Assembly: GCA_038890615.1 (NCBI GenBank)
Contig: JAWAFI010000001.1
Location: 162,611 to 226,610, forward strand
Reading direction: 5' to 3'
Length of the DNA stretch: 64,000 bases
DNA from: Candidatus Anstonellales archaeon
Lineage (GTDB): Archaea; Micrarchaeota; Micrarchaeia; Anstonellales; J096
In this document: piece after piece, positions 29,833 to 38,261 of the stretch
Numbering within the stretch: the first letter of the stretch is position 1
How the letters are laid out: every line of letters begins with the position of its first letter
Made by a program: the position numbers and the translations under genes
The notes under the pieces: generated by a model
What the model saw: only the letters and a program-made list of their open reading frames with translations
Told to the model about the DNA's origin: nothing
Database searches by the model: none

Positions 29833-30711
29833 TGTAAGGACTTCTACTCTGTCTTTTTTAACAACCACTGTCGCCTCTGACTGCGCAACTAGCGCCCCCT
29901 TGTCCTCAACAAGCACAGGGTAGCCCTTTAGTATACCACGCTCCAGCAATTCCCTGAGCGCTGCGCTTACCAGAAGCTTTGAGTTGAACTTGTTTATTAG
30001 CCACCTTTCTGCAAAAGGTAGCTGGTGGTAGGCCTCTGCAACATGTATTATTACCATCCTTGCAGCCCTTGAGCGCACTGGAGCAGGGTTGTCAAGGCTG
30101 AAAATCTCAACAACATCCCTGTCATTTACAGTGCCTTTGCCTGTTGTAACAAACGGCTCCAAAGCAAAAACATCGCCTTCCTTGAATTGGTAGGGTATTG
30201 AGTTTGCTATGTTGGGCACTTCTATGCCTGCGTGAAGCGTCCCATCGCTTATCATATGGCCTGTAAGGTTTGAGATCGGCTTGAAGCCTGCTTCCTTTAT
30301 GCAGTCCTCAACCTTAGAGCCCACATCCCCAACAGAAACACCTTCTTTTATGGAATCTATTGCCACCTTAAGCGCAGAGTTGGCTGCATCTATCATATCT
30401 TGGTGCTCCCCGGTCAAGTCTATTGTTACTGCAGTGTCCACCAAGCCATCCTTGTACTTGACCCCAAAATCAACCTTAAGCAGGCCTGCCTCAAGGTTCC
30501 TTGTGTCTTTGTATTCAGGGGTGTCATGGGCGCTTACTTCGTTCATGCCAAGGTTAACAGGGAATGCAGGCTCTGCCCCTGCCTCCCTTATCATCTGCTC
30601 AATCGTTTCAGCTATGTCAAGGTAGCTCTCCCCTTCCATGGCAAGCTTTCCTACCTGCCCTTTTATTTTGGCTGCTATTGCACCAGCAGCTCTGAGGTTT
30701 TCTATGTCCAT
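29818..30711 (-). CDS. map: Type II methionine aminopeptidase
   Basis: AFPVN, AHDTP, KVDFG, DTA.T, NLTGH, LHAG, ALEPF. Confidence 0.97.
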   Translation of the reverse strand: MDIENLRAAGAIAAKIKGQVGKLAMEGESYLDIAETIEQMIREAGAEPAFPVNLGMNEVSAHDTPEYKDTRNLEAGLLKVDFGVKYKDGLVDTAVTIDLTGEHQDMIDAANSALKVAIDSIKEGVSVGDVGSKVEDCIKEAGFKPISNLTGHMISDGTLHAGIEVPNIANSIPYQFKEGDVFALEPFVTTGKGTVNDRDVVEIFSLDNPAPVRSRAARMVIIHVAEAYHQLPFAERWLINKFNSKLLVSAALRELLERGILKGYPVLVEDKGALVAQSEATVVVKKDRVEVLTGPVA

Positions 30712-30765
30712 AAGAAAATCAGCAAGGAAAGGTATATAAAGCGTGTGTTATTGCAAGAAGGGCGT

Positions 30766-31233
30766 TTAAGCAGGCTCTATCTTAATCTCCTTCTTTGTGT
30801 TTAGGTCAAAGGTCAATGGAATGTCAAGAGATGCATCAAGGAAGAAACGCAGGCTTCCTCCTCCTTTTAAGTACTGGAAAGATAGCGGACCAAGGGAAAC
30901 GCTGACAAGCTCAGCTAGATGCGTAGCTGCTTCAGGAGGTATCTTTATTACAAAAGGGTAATCATTTGAAGTATATTCTTTTTCCCCATCAAGGAAAACA
31001 ATGGCCTCTGCCACTTTCATTTTTCTCTTCCTTTTTTCTGGGTAGCGGGACGTGGACATAAAATTGTCCTTAACATAATATTCTTCTTTCACTCCATAGA
31101 AAGCAACCCTCAAAGCCCTGGCCTTCACTGGGTTTTCTAGATAAAGCTTTAGGATTCCTTTTATCTCTTCTCCAGGCTTATATGAGCTCTTATCAAGGAC
31201 AAGCTCTATTTTCCCTTTAGGTGGTAGGAACAT
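30766..31233 (-). CDS. Arrestin-N/Spo0M-like protein
   Basis: IELVLDK..YKPGE.I.G.L.L....PVKAR.L.V...G, YPF.I.IP, L.ASLDIP...D. Confidence 0.75.
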   Translation of the reverse strand: MFLPPKGKIELVLDKSSYKPGEEIKGILKLYLENPVKARALRVAFYGVKEEYYVKDNFMSTSRYPEKRKRKMKVAEAIVFLDGEKEYTSNDYPFVIKIPPEAATHLAELVSVSLGPLSFQYLKGGGSLRFFLDASLDIPLTFDLNTKKEIKIEPA

Positions 31234-31282
31234 TTCAACCCCTATACCAACTCTCCAATAATAAATATAAAGATTTGCTTTA

Positions 31283-31300
31283 TTGTATCTATAGATACAA
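31283..31300. promoter_or_regulatory. Perfect 18-bp palindrome TTGTATCTATAGATACAA, putative TF operator
   Basis: Sits just upstream of a BRE/TATA-like element (minus-strand TTTATAT, about 31265-31271) of the arrestin-like gene. Confidence 0.5.
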
Positions 31301-31339
31301 AAACACCACTTAACTAAACCTACATCCTCATAATGCCTA

Positions 31340-31370
31340 GCCTATTTTAGGCAGGGGGCTAAAGCCCCCT
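31340..31370 (-). terminator. Twin hairpins immediately 3' of tRNA-Ile
   Basis: AGGGGGC-TAAA-GCCCCCT (31353-31370) and GCCTA-TTT-TAGGC (31340-31352). Confidence 0.4.
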
Positions 31371-31372
31371 TA

Positions 31373-31475
31373 TGGGCCGGATGGGATTTGAACCCATGAC
31401 CTACGGCTTTCTCAAGCCGATGAGATAGAACGGGCCATATAAGACCGTCGCTCTACCGTGCTGAGCTACCGGCCC
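31373..31475 (-). tRNA. tRNA-Ile(TAT) with 29-nt intron at 37/38 (31409-31437)
   Basis: GGGCCGG...CCGGCCC-A; ACGGT-CTTATA[intron]A-GCCGT; strict BHB (bulge TAT, helix CTTA/TGAG, bulge AAA, GGCC/GGCT). Confidence 0.92.
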
Positions 31476-31523
31476 ATATGCCCAGCAATAAAGCTTCTAA
31501 CAGTTAGCTTTTTAATGTTTCTA

Positions 31524-32207
31524 TTATTCCTCCCCAATTGAGTATTTCTCTGGATTTTGGGGAAGCCTCACATCCTCGGCCATCCTTTCCTCTTTGTCAG
31601 ATAGTTTTACAGGCTTTGAAACCCTTTCAAAAGGATAAACCTTTATTTTGTAAATCCTTGGCTCAAGGTTGTGGAGGAAAGATATAAGCTCCTCGCCACT
31701 TTCAAAGAAAGCCTCATGGGTTGGGTCTAAAATATAGCGCTTACCATCCAAATAAAGGAGGACAACTATATGCTTGCTCCTGATGTCTATTGCTTTTGAA
31801 TCAGTGTGCAGGTAAACTGCTAAGGCAGCCAGGTTTGCATCATAGCCATTCTCCCTCAGCCATTGAAGGGCCAATGCACTTTTTTCAAGGCAGCTGCCTT
31901 CCTTGAAGCTTTTCTCCACTTTTTTTGCATTCAAAACATGCTTGTCCTTGTATTCCAAAATATTGTAATCAAGCTTGTTTGCCTTTGCAAGCACTTCCTT
32001 GAATATTTCATCTACATTTTTCATCCTTGAGCCTTCTGCTTTTTCCTTAAGCTTTGAGAGCTCAATGCATACTGTATTGGGTTGCGCTTTCCCAGGAAGC
32101 GCAGTGTAATAGTACTCCTTTTGCGTGGGCGAGTAGGAGGAATGGGTTGGGACCAGGAGGAGGGAGCCAGCAAGCAGAAGCCCTGCAAGGGCCTTTTTAA
32201 GTTTCAT
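31524..32207 (-). CDS. Secreted transglutaminase-like (Cys-His-Asp) protein
   Basis: Signal peptide MKLKKALAGLLLAG; GSCLEKS...HIVV...YILDPT; start moved to ATG 32207. Confidence 0.82.
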   Translation of the reverse strand: MKLKKALAGLLLAGSLLLVPTHSSYSPTQKEYYYTALPGKAQPNTVCIELSKLKEKAEGSRMKNVDEIFKEVLAKANKLDYNILEYKDKHVLNAKKVEKSFKEGSCLEKSALALQWLRENGYDANLAALAVYLHTDSKAIDIRSKHIVVLLYLDGKRYILDPTHEAFFESGEELISFLHNLEPRIYKIKVYPFERVSKPVKLSDKEERMAEDVRLPQNPEKYSIGEE

Positions 32208-32211
32208 TTTG

Positions 32212-32712
32212 TTATATATCGTTTGCCTCATAAATATCCTTATAATATTCGGGAATTGTCTTTGGAGATTGGTCTCCTGGTTTTTCTTCTTTTTTCTTTT
32301 CTTCTTTTTTCCTTTCTTCTTTTGGAGGCCCATATTTTTCAGTAAGCTTTTCTTGGTCAACTTCAATTTTGAAAACTGCAACTGTTTTCCTATCTTTTTC
32401 GACAAGATCAAAAGAAAATTTTACAGGCAGATTTAATTTGTTTACTTCGTTTACTAAAGCTCCCCATTGCCCTCCTTCTTCATACACTTTTCTAATCGCT
32501 TCCAAAAGGGGCTGTTTTATCTCTTGGGTTGCTCTTGTCTTCGCTTCAAAAGGAGAAAAGTCTCTATCAACAAGCTCTTCCTCTATCAAATTGAAGAATG
32601 ACTTAAGGTCTGCAACTTTTACTTCAAAGATTGCGCTCCTCTTGCAGATTTCTTCCCACATTTCTGGGTAATGGAGTGCTTTTTTCCCTTGCTGAGCTTC
32701 TTGGAAAACCAT
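32212..32712 (-). CDS. Hypothetical protein, paralog of 32750-33220
   Basis: Shared C-terminal pattern LP.....EK...TV..F.I..D..KL.E.Y; GGTGA SD. Confidence 0.75.
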   Translation of the reverse strand: MVFQEAQQGKKALHYPEMWEEICKRSAIFEVKVADLKSFFNLIEEELVDRDFSPFEAKTRATQEIKQPLLEAIRKVYEEGGQWGALVNEVNKLNLPVKFSFDLVEKDRKTVAVFKIEVDQEKLTEKYGPPKEERKKEEKKKEEKPGDQSPKTIPEYYKDIYEANDI

Positions 32713-32749
32713 AGTTCATCACCTTAAGGTATATGGGCTTATGTAATAT

Positions 32750-33220
32750 TTAAAGCTTATTCTTATGCTCTTTGTACATCTCGGCAAGCTTTTTCTCATC
32801 TATAACTATCGAGAAGGAATATACAGTGGTTCCTTTTTCAGGCTTTTCAGAGGTCTCTACTCTAAAAGGCAACCCTCGGTTGGCAAGTTCTTTGTTAAGT
32901 TCGTTGATGTCCCCTCCTTTTTTATCAACTTCATTAATAACCTCCTTAAATGAGCTTATAACACCATCAGCAAATGAGTACCACCTGCTTCTTTCTTCCA
33001 AGGGAAGGTTGGGTTTGTGTTTTAGAGAATGTTCAAAGTAATCAGTATCAGTGCTGTAGAACATTTTATCAGAAGAAGGGAGCTGACAAAAGGCTCCTTT
33101 ACCTTGGGAGCACATGCTATCGGTAGGTTTGGGAATTGACCTGCTGCATATATTGGTGAGTTGTTCATTAGTTCTTGATTTATCCTCATTTTCAACCTTT
33201 GGAACTGGCATTACTATCAC
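32750..33220 (-). CDS. Hypothetical protein, paralog of 32212-32712
   Basis: Shares the C-terminal pattern with 32212-32712. Confidence 0.75.
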   Translation of the reverse strand: MIVMPVPKVENEDKSRTNEQLTNICSRSIPKPTDSMCSQGKGAFCQLPSSDKMFYSTDTDYFEHSLKHKPNLPLEERSRWYSFADGVISSFKEVINEVDKKGGDINELNKELANRGLPFRVETSEKPEKGTTVYSFSIVIDEKKLAEMYKEHKNKL

Positions 33221-33324
33221 CCCCTATATAGTATACATGTGGCCTGCTTATTTAAAATTATTTGCAACAACAGCAGCCCTTTCCGTGCTTCTTCTTATCT
33301 TTTTTCTCCTTTTTTGCCATATTT

Positions 33325-33549
33325 TCACCTCCTTTTAGCTTCTTCTGGAAGCTTTACTTCAAAAGGAACAAAAACCTCTCCTGGCTTGTTTAACTTGTGC
33401 ATACTATTTATTCTATTAATTTCCCACTTTAGTTTGTCGGCCCAGTAGCCGTATCGCTTATCAGCCCCTTCTTTTTTCCCTTCTTCATAAGTCTTGCTTA
33501 TTATGTTCTCAAGCCTCCTCATAAAAGCGTCTGCCTCTTGCATCTCCAT
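33325..33549 (-). CDS. Small hypothetical protein (74 aa)
   Basis: MEMQEADAF...; the upstream part of the long ORF is antisense to 33632-34132. Confidence 0.55.
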   Translation of the reverse strand: MEMQEADAFMRRLENIISKTYEEGKKEGADKRYGYWADKLKWEINRINSMHKLNKPGEVFVPFEVKLPEEAKRR

Positions 33550-33631
33550 AGTTGTTTTTAACATTATATGTTTTAATATGTTTTGGATAGCAAAAGAATA
33601 GGTATTAAAAATACAAAGGGAATCTATTGTT

Positions 33632-34132
33632 ATGGCTTTGCTTAAAGGGTTCTCGGCTTTCATAGAAAGCGTTATGGGAGCAGTAAAAGGAAGGCTTGAG
33701 CCAGCTGAGGAGCAGAGGCTCAAAAGGCTCCTTGAGAGGATAGGCAGGAAGAACAAGGTAATAGCCAGTGGCTTGGTAAGGGCGCTTAAGGAAGGCGGGG
33801 CATCTAAAGAAGACCTGAAGAAAGTGCTTATACTCTTAGAGAGGGCAGACCACAGGATAATGAATGATGCAGAGCCCTTCATGGCTAATGAGGAAAGGGA
33901 ATTCAAGGAGATTCTGGAAAAGGCAACGCTTCCGCCTAATGTATTCTACAAGATAAAGTTTGGGCTTGATGAAATGGTCAAGTATGAGATAGTGGACCTC
34001 TTGGCAAAGGAAGTAAGCGGCATTTCCATGGAGGCTGAGGAGAAGGTTGTAAGTTTAGGCAAGGAGACTGAAGTGGAAAGGACCCAAGCAAAGGAAGAGG
34101 AGAAAAAGGATAGGAAGACGATTAATCCATGA
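33632..34132 (+). CDS. Hypothetical protein
   Basis: 166-aa ORF heading an overlapping gene run. Confidence 0.75.
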   Translation: MALLKGFSAFIESVMGAVKGRLEPAEEQRLKRLLERIGRKNKVIASGLVRALKEGGASKEDLKKVLILLERADHRIMNDAEPFMANEEREFKEILEKATLPPNVFYKIKFGLDEMVKYEIVDLLAKEVSGISMEAEEKVVSLGKETEVERTQAKEEEKKDRKTINP

Positions 34133-34626
34133 AAATAAAGCTCACCCCTGCAATGTGCTACCTGCTTGGGCTTTGGAGGTCAAAGAAATCAACAAAAGGG
34201 TTTGGTATAAGGGGAAGAAAAGGAGTTGCTGCTTTTGTTGAAGAATCAATAAAGCAAGGTATAACTGAGAAGGGGAAGGTGCTCTACGACGGCTCTGAGG
34301 TTTTCTTCTACAACAGCAAGTTCCTGAAATTCGCGCAGGAGTTCGAGAGCGAAATAGACAAGAGGCTGAAATACCTGAACGACTATGCAGCAAACTATTT
34401 TGCAGGTGTTTTTGATGGCACAGGCAAGATAACAGAAGATGGAAAGGTACTCATAAGGAAAGACCCTATTGACCAGGGCATCCTTTTGAGGCTTGGCTTT
34501 TTCACCAGGCCTGTTGGAAAGGACCTAATGGTGCTTAAGCCTAAGAATTTTCTTGAGTTTATAAGCAAATGGAGGAGATGCAATGAAGCTGAAGCTAATA
34601 AAGAACCCAAAAAAGAGATGGGCTGA
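34129..34626 (+). CDS. Stand-alone LAGLIDADG-like protein
   Basis: Two motif-like helices, CYLLGLWRSK and NYFAGVFDGTGKI. Confidence 0.65.
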   Translation: MKIKLTPAMCYLLGLWRSKKSTKGFGIRGRKGVAAFVEESIKQGITEKGKVLYDGSEVFFYNSKFLKFAQEFESEIDKRLKYLNDYAANYFAGVFDGTGKITEDGKVLIRKDPIDQGILLRLGFFTRPVGKDLMVLKPKNFLEFISKWRRCNEAEANKEPKKEMG

Positions 34627-35263
34627 GCATATTTTGAAAAAGGTCAGGGAAGAGGCAGTGAGAAGAGGGTGGCAGGTTGTTGGAGGTGGTGCTGACGCAA
34701 CCATAGTCATAGGAGGGGACGGGACTTTCTACTACCATAAGGAAGAAGTGGAGGGGCAGGTATTCTCCATAGGCAGCGAGCATAGCTGGCTTGGGGTTCC
34801 ATATAAACGCTGGAAGGATGTTTTCGACAGTAAAAAATGGAAGGAGTACTTAGTCAAAGGCATTGATGTTTATGAAGGGACGAAGAAGGTGGGATGGGCA
34901 ATAAACGATGTTTACCTGAGGGCAAGGGACACTGTTGTGCGCATCAAAGTAACCTGCGGGGCTAACTACTCCTTCATAGGCGATGGCATAATTGTATCAA
35001 CCCCGATAGGAAGCACTGCCTACAACTTCTCCTGCGGCGGCCCCTTGCTTGACTGGGGGGTAAATGCATTTGCAATAACAGGCATAGCTCCACACCTGCG
35101 AGCATTCCTGCCTGTTGTATATAAAGGTAATGTAAAAATCTCATGGGAAGGAAAGGGTGATATTTTCCTTGATGGGCAGAGGAAAACAATTAAAAAGAAT
35201 AGCATTTTATTAGTAGAAGGCAGACAGCTGAGGATGATGAGGTATGCTTACAAGCGCGATTAG
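34583..35263 (+). CDS. nadK: NAD(+) kinase
   Basis: GGDGT, IND, GDGIIVSTPIGSTAYNFSCGGP, DGQ. Confidence 0.94.
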   Translation: MKLKLIKNPKKRWAEHILKKVREEAVRRGWQVVGGGADATIVIGGDGTFYYHKEEVEGQVFSIGSEHSWLGVPYKRWKDVFDSKKWKEYLVKGIDVYEGTKKVGWAINDVYLRARDTVVRIKVTCGANYSFIGDGIIVSTPIGSTAYNFSCGGPLLDWGVNAFAITGIAPHLRAFLPVVYKGNVKISWEGKGDIFLDGQRKTIKKNSILLVEGRQLRMMRYAYKRD

Positions 35264-35942
35264 AAGGGCATATTATAGTTTTGTCAACAGGCCAATAGAG
35301 CCGCTGAAGGCGATCCTTTACTACACCGCTTTCTCTGCTTTTGCGTTGCTAAGCCCAATAGGGGCAACAGTGCTCATCACTTACCTAATCTCAATGGCTG
35401 GTATCGATATATCTTCTGCAATCTACTTGATATATGTAATAGCTGCGATAATGCTTTTTGCAGGGGTGCTCCTGCTCAGCGGGTTCAAAGGGGCATTCGT
35501 GCATTCCCTTTACACAGGGGATATTGTAAAGGCAAAGGAATACATAAGGTATTCGCTTGTGCACCTGCAGGACTTCCTAACAATATCGATAATAAAGTCA
35601 TTGCTGCATTCAGTAGTGCTTGCGCCAACGCTTGCCCTCTACTACTTTGTATTGCCTGATTACCTTAATATCCTATTCCTCATTATAAACGTTCCAATAA
35701 TAGTGCTAATAGAGCTTTTCTTTGCCTTTTCTTACATATCAGTGGCACAAGGCCAGAAGCCCATAAAGGCAATAACGGATTCAATGAATGTTGTCAGGCT
35801 GAAAGCTCCTGATGCAGTGCCTGCTTTCATCATATACGCAGGCATATACCTAACAAGGGCAATACCCTTGTTCAACATATTCAGCCACTTCATACTTTAC
35901 CCCATAGGGTACAAACTTCTTATAGAGATTTACAAAGGTTAG
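35244..35942 (+). CDS. Hypothetical multi-pass membrane protein
   Basis: About 5-6 hydrophobic segments. Confidence 0.8.
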   Translation: MLTSAIRRAYYSFVNRPIEPLKAILYYTAFSAFALLSPIGATVLITYLISMAGIDISSAIYLIYVIAAIMLFAGVLLLSGFKGAFVHSLYTGDIVKAKEYIRYSLVHLQDFLTISIIKSLLHSVVLAPTLALYYFVLPDYLNILFLIINVPIIVLIELFFAFSYISVAQGQKPIKAITDSMNVVRLKAPDAVPAFIIYAGIYLTRAIPLFNIFSHFILYPIGYKLLIEIYKG

Positions 35943-37394
35943 TTAGCTGGGTATGCCAAAATCCTTTTTTATCCTGCTGATTCCTATACCTACAACTAGC
36001 TTACCAAACCTTGGCCCCTTTTCCTTACCTATCAATGATTGGTAAAGCAGTGAAAAAAGAGCTGATTTGTCCATTGACCTTTTCTCTGCAAACTCAAAAA
36101 CGCTATTGTGGACTGTTAATGGGTCTGCATCGTTTTTAAGCAAGGCGAAGAAGGCCCTGCTCACTTCTGTAGGGCTTGGCTTGTACTCAACCCTGTACTG
36201 CTCAGGGACAAGCCCCCTTTTCACCCATTCTGCATAATACCTGTCCATCCATGTTCCGCTTGAGCCATTTACCTGGAATGAAATAACCCCTGAGTAGATG
36301 TCTGGTATCTGCCTCCCACCACTAAGCTTTGCTGCTATTGCTTTCTTCAGTTCGCTTTTGTTGGTTGGCTCCTTCTCAAGCGCCCTGTTGTAATCGTCTG
36401 CAAACTCCATTATCCTCTCCATGCTCGTGACTATGTCCTTGTTCTCATGCAAATCAGGCCTTAGGAGCATGTACTTTATGAGCTCAGGGGGCACTAGCTT
36501 AAGGAGGTCGCTTGCGCCCATGCCAATGCCCTTTGACTTGGAATACTTCCTGCCGTTGAAAAGTATGAAGCCATACTTGTAGCCTATTGGCGGCTCTGCC
36601 TTGAATACCTGCCTGAAGATTTCAACCAAGGTGTCCCTGCTGCCTCCTTTTGTAAAATGGTCCACGCCTGCTCCTTCAATGGAAGTGCCGAAGTAGTGCT
36701 GCCAGGCAGGCCAGTGGAGCCTCCAGGTGAGCTTGTAATTGTGCTCTATGAGCATATCCTTCCCCCTGTAGCCGCACCCTTTTGTGTAACCAGCATCTCT
36801 ATCGCATATATACTCATAGTCGCTCTGAGTTAGCCTAAGCACCCTTGTTGTTGCTATCCTACCGCAGGATTTGCATATGGGCATTATTATTGACCACTCA
36901 TCAGGCAGCTTCCTCATGCTTGTTGCCTCTATGATTTCCCTTACCTTCTTTTCCTGCCCAATGTAAAGCCGGGCGTAGTAGTCAAAAACCCCTGCCTTGT
37001 AGAGCTCGTTTGCTCTCTCTATCTTGACATGCTCAAAAACACCCAGCTCTTTCATTACTGCAATGGCGTCCTGAAGGTAGTATTCCCCAAAGGAGGTGCC
37101 TTTGTAAGGCACATTGCATAGGGGCTTGCCAAGGTGCTCATTAAGCCAATCAGGGCAGCCAACAGGCACTGAGTCAAATGCATCAAGTATGTCTGCAACA
37201 AAGTAGAACTCTGCTTTCTTCCCCTTGGTGATGAGCTGCTTCTTTATTGAGTAGGGGTAGAAGAATTCGCATACTGTGCCCAAGTGGGTAGGCCCTGAGG
37301 TTGTCATCCCTCCTGAAATTACGTATGGCTCCTTTTTCTCCCTTGCCACCTCATCTGCAAGCTGCTCGCTCCAGTGGGAATGCTCCATAGCCAT
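35943..37394 (-). CDS. lysS: Class I lysyl-tRNA synthetase
   Basis: HW, SGPTHLGT, CxxC Zn motifs, KYSKSKG, GPRFG. Confidence 0.96.
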   Translation of the reverse strand: MAMEHSHWSEQLADEVAREKKEPYVISGGMTTSGPTHLGTVCEFFYPYSIKKQLITKGKKAEFYFVADILDAFDSVPVGCPDWLNEHLGKPLCNVPYKGTSFGEYYLQDAIAVMKELGVFEHVKIERANELYKAGVFDYYARLYIGQEKKVREIIEATSMRKLPDEWSIIMPICKSCGRIATTRVLRLTQSDYEYICDRDAGYTKGCGYRGKDMLIEHNYKLTWRLHWPAWQHYFGTSIEGAGVDHFTKGGSRDTLVEIFRQVFKAEPPIGYKYGFILFNGRKYSKSKGIGMGASDLLKLVPPELIKYMLLRPDLHENKDIVTSMERIMEFADDYNRALEKEPTNKSELKKAIAAKLSGGRQIPDIYSGVISFQVNGSSGTWMDRYYAEWVKRGLVPEQYRVEYKPSPTEVSRAFFALLKNDADPLTVHNSVFEFAEKRSMDKSALFSLLYQSLIGKEKGPRFGKLVVGIGISRIKKDFGIPS

Positions 37395-37417
37395 AGTTGA
37401 GCGCCTTGTTTTAAAAA

Positions 37418-37675
37418 CTATATGAAGCCCTTTTCTTTCAGGGCTTTCAATGTGCCGGATGTTGCCAGAGGCTTGAACCCTCCAAGCACAAGCACACCTA
37501 TTGCCTGTTTGTACTTAGTGTGGTTGAACCTTATTACAAGCTTTGGGGAAGAAGCTATCACCTTCGGCATTAGCTCTGAAAGGCCTAGGTAGCCGAATGC
37601 CTCTTGAAGCAAGGCCAATGCCTTCTCGCTGTCGCCTTTTTCAAATGCAACATACCTTTTCCTGGCTTTCTCCAT
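37418..37675 (-). CDS. rnp2: RNase P protein component Pop5 (Rnp2)
   Basis: RKRYVAF...FG..G...TSGTLKAL. Confidence 0.85.
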   Translation of the reverse strand: MEKARKRYVAFEKGDSEKALALLQEAFGYLGLSELMPKVIASSPKLVIRFNHTKYKQAIGVLVLGGFKPLATSGTLKALKEKGFI

Positions 37676-37709
37676 AAGCCATTAAATATGGCTTCCTTAT
37701 AAATAGATT

Positions 37710-38261
37710 ATGGAGCTTCACATACCGCGCGAGCTTAGGAAGCTGAAAAGGGCTACTGCTGTTGTGCTGCCAAAGGATTTTGGCCTTATGGCTGGCTATG
37801 CAATGATAGACAAGAGCAAGGTTGTGCTTGAGGCAGGCACAGGCACAGGATTCCTCTGCTACATGCTTTCAGGCATTGCAAAAAAAGTGGTAAGCTATGA
37901 GGAAAGGCCTGAGTTTTATGAGAACGCAAAGAAGAACCTTGCCGGAAGGAAGAATGTTGTGCTAAGGAATGCAAGCATAGAAAAGGCAAAGGAGAAAGCA
38001 GATGTCATAATCCTAGACATGAAGGACGCCCCGCTTATGGTGCCAAAGCTCGTGAAAAACCTTAAGAAAGATGGAATGATGGTTGGCTACCTGCCAAACG
38101 CAGAGCAGATCTCTGCTTTTGCAAAGGCATGCAGAAACAGCGGGGCAAAGGATGTGTTCGTGGTTGAATCAATAGTAAGGGACTTCCAGACCGAGCCAGG
38201 GTTCAGGCCCTTCCACATAGGGCTCATGCACACCGCTTACCTTTGCTTTGCTAGCTGGTGA
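37710..38261 (+). CDS. trmI: tRNA (adenine-N1)-methyltransferase TrmI-like (short form)
   Basis: R...VVLPKD, VLEAGTGTG, YE.R, ILDM, YLPNAEQ, HTAYL. Confidence 0.88.
   Translation: MELHIPRELRKLKRATAVVLPKDFGLMAGYAMIDKSKVVLEAGTGTGFLCYMLSGIAKKVVSYEERPEFYENAKKNLAGRKNVVLRNASIEKAKEKADVIILDMKDAPLMVPKLVKNLKKDGMMVGYLPNAEQISAFAKACRNSGAKDVFVVESIVRDFQTEPGFRPFHIGLMHTAYLCFASW

Noticed and set aside
32208..32411. Lys-rich N-terminal extension of the 295-aa ORF
   Set aside because: Overlaps the upstream gene in another frame; the signal peptide begins at ATG 32207
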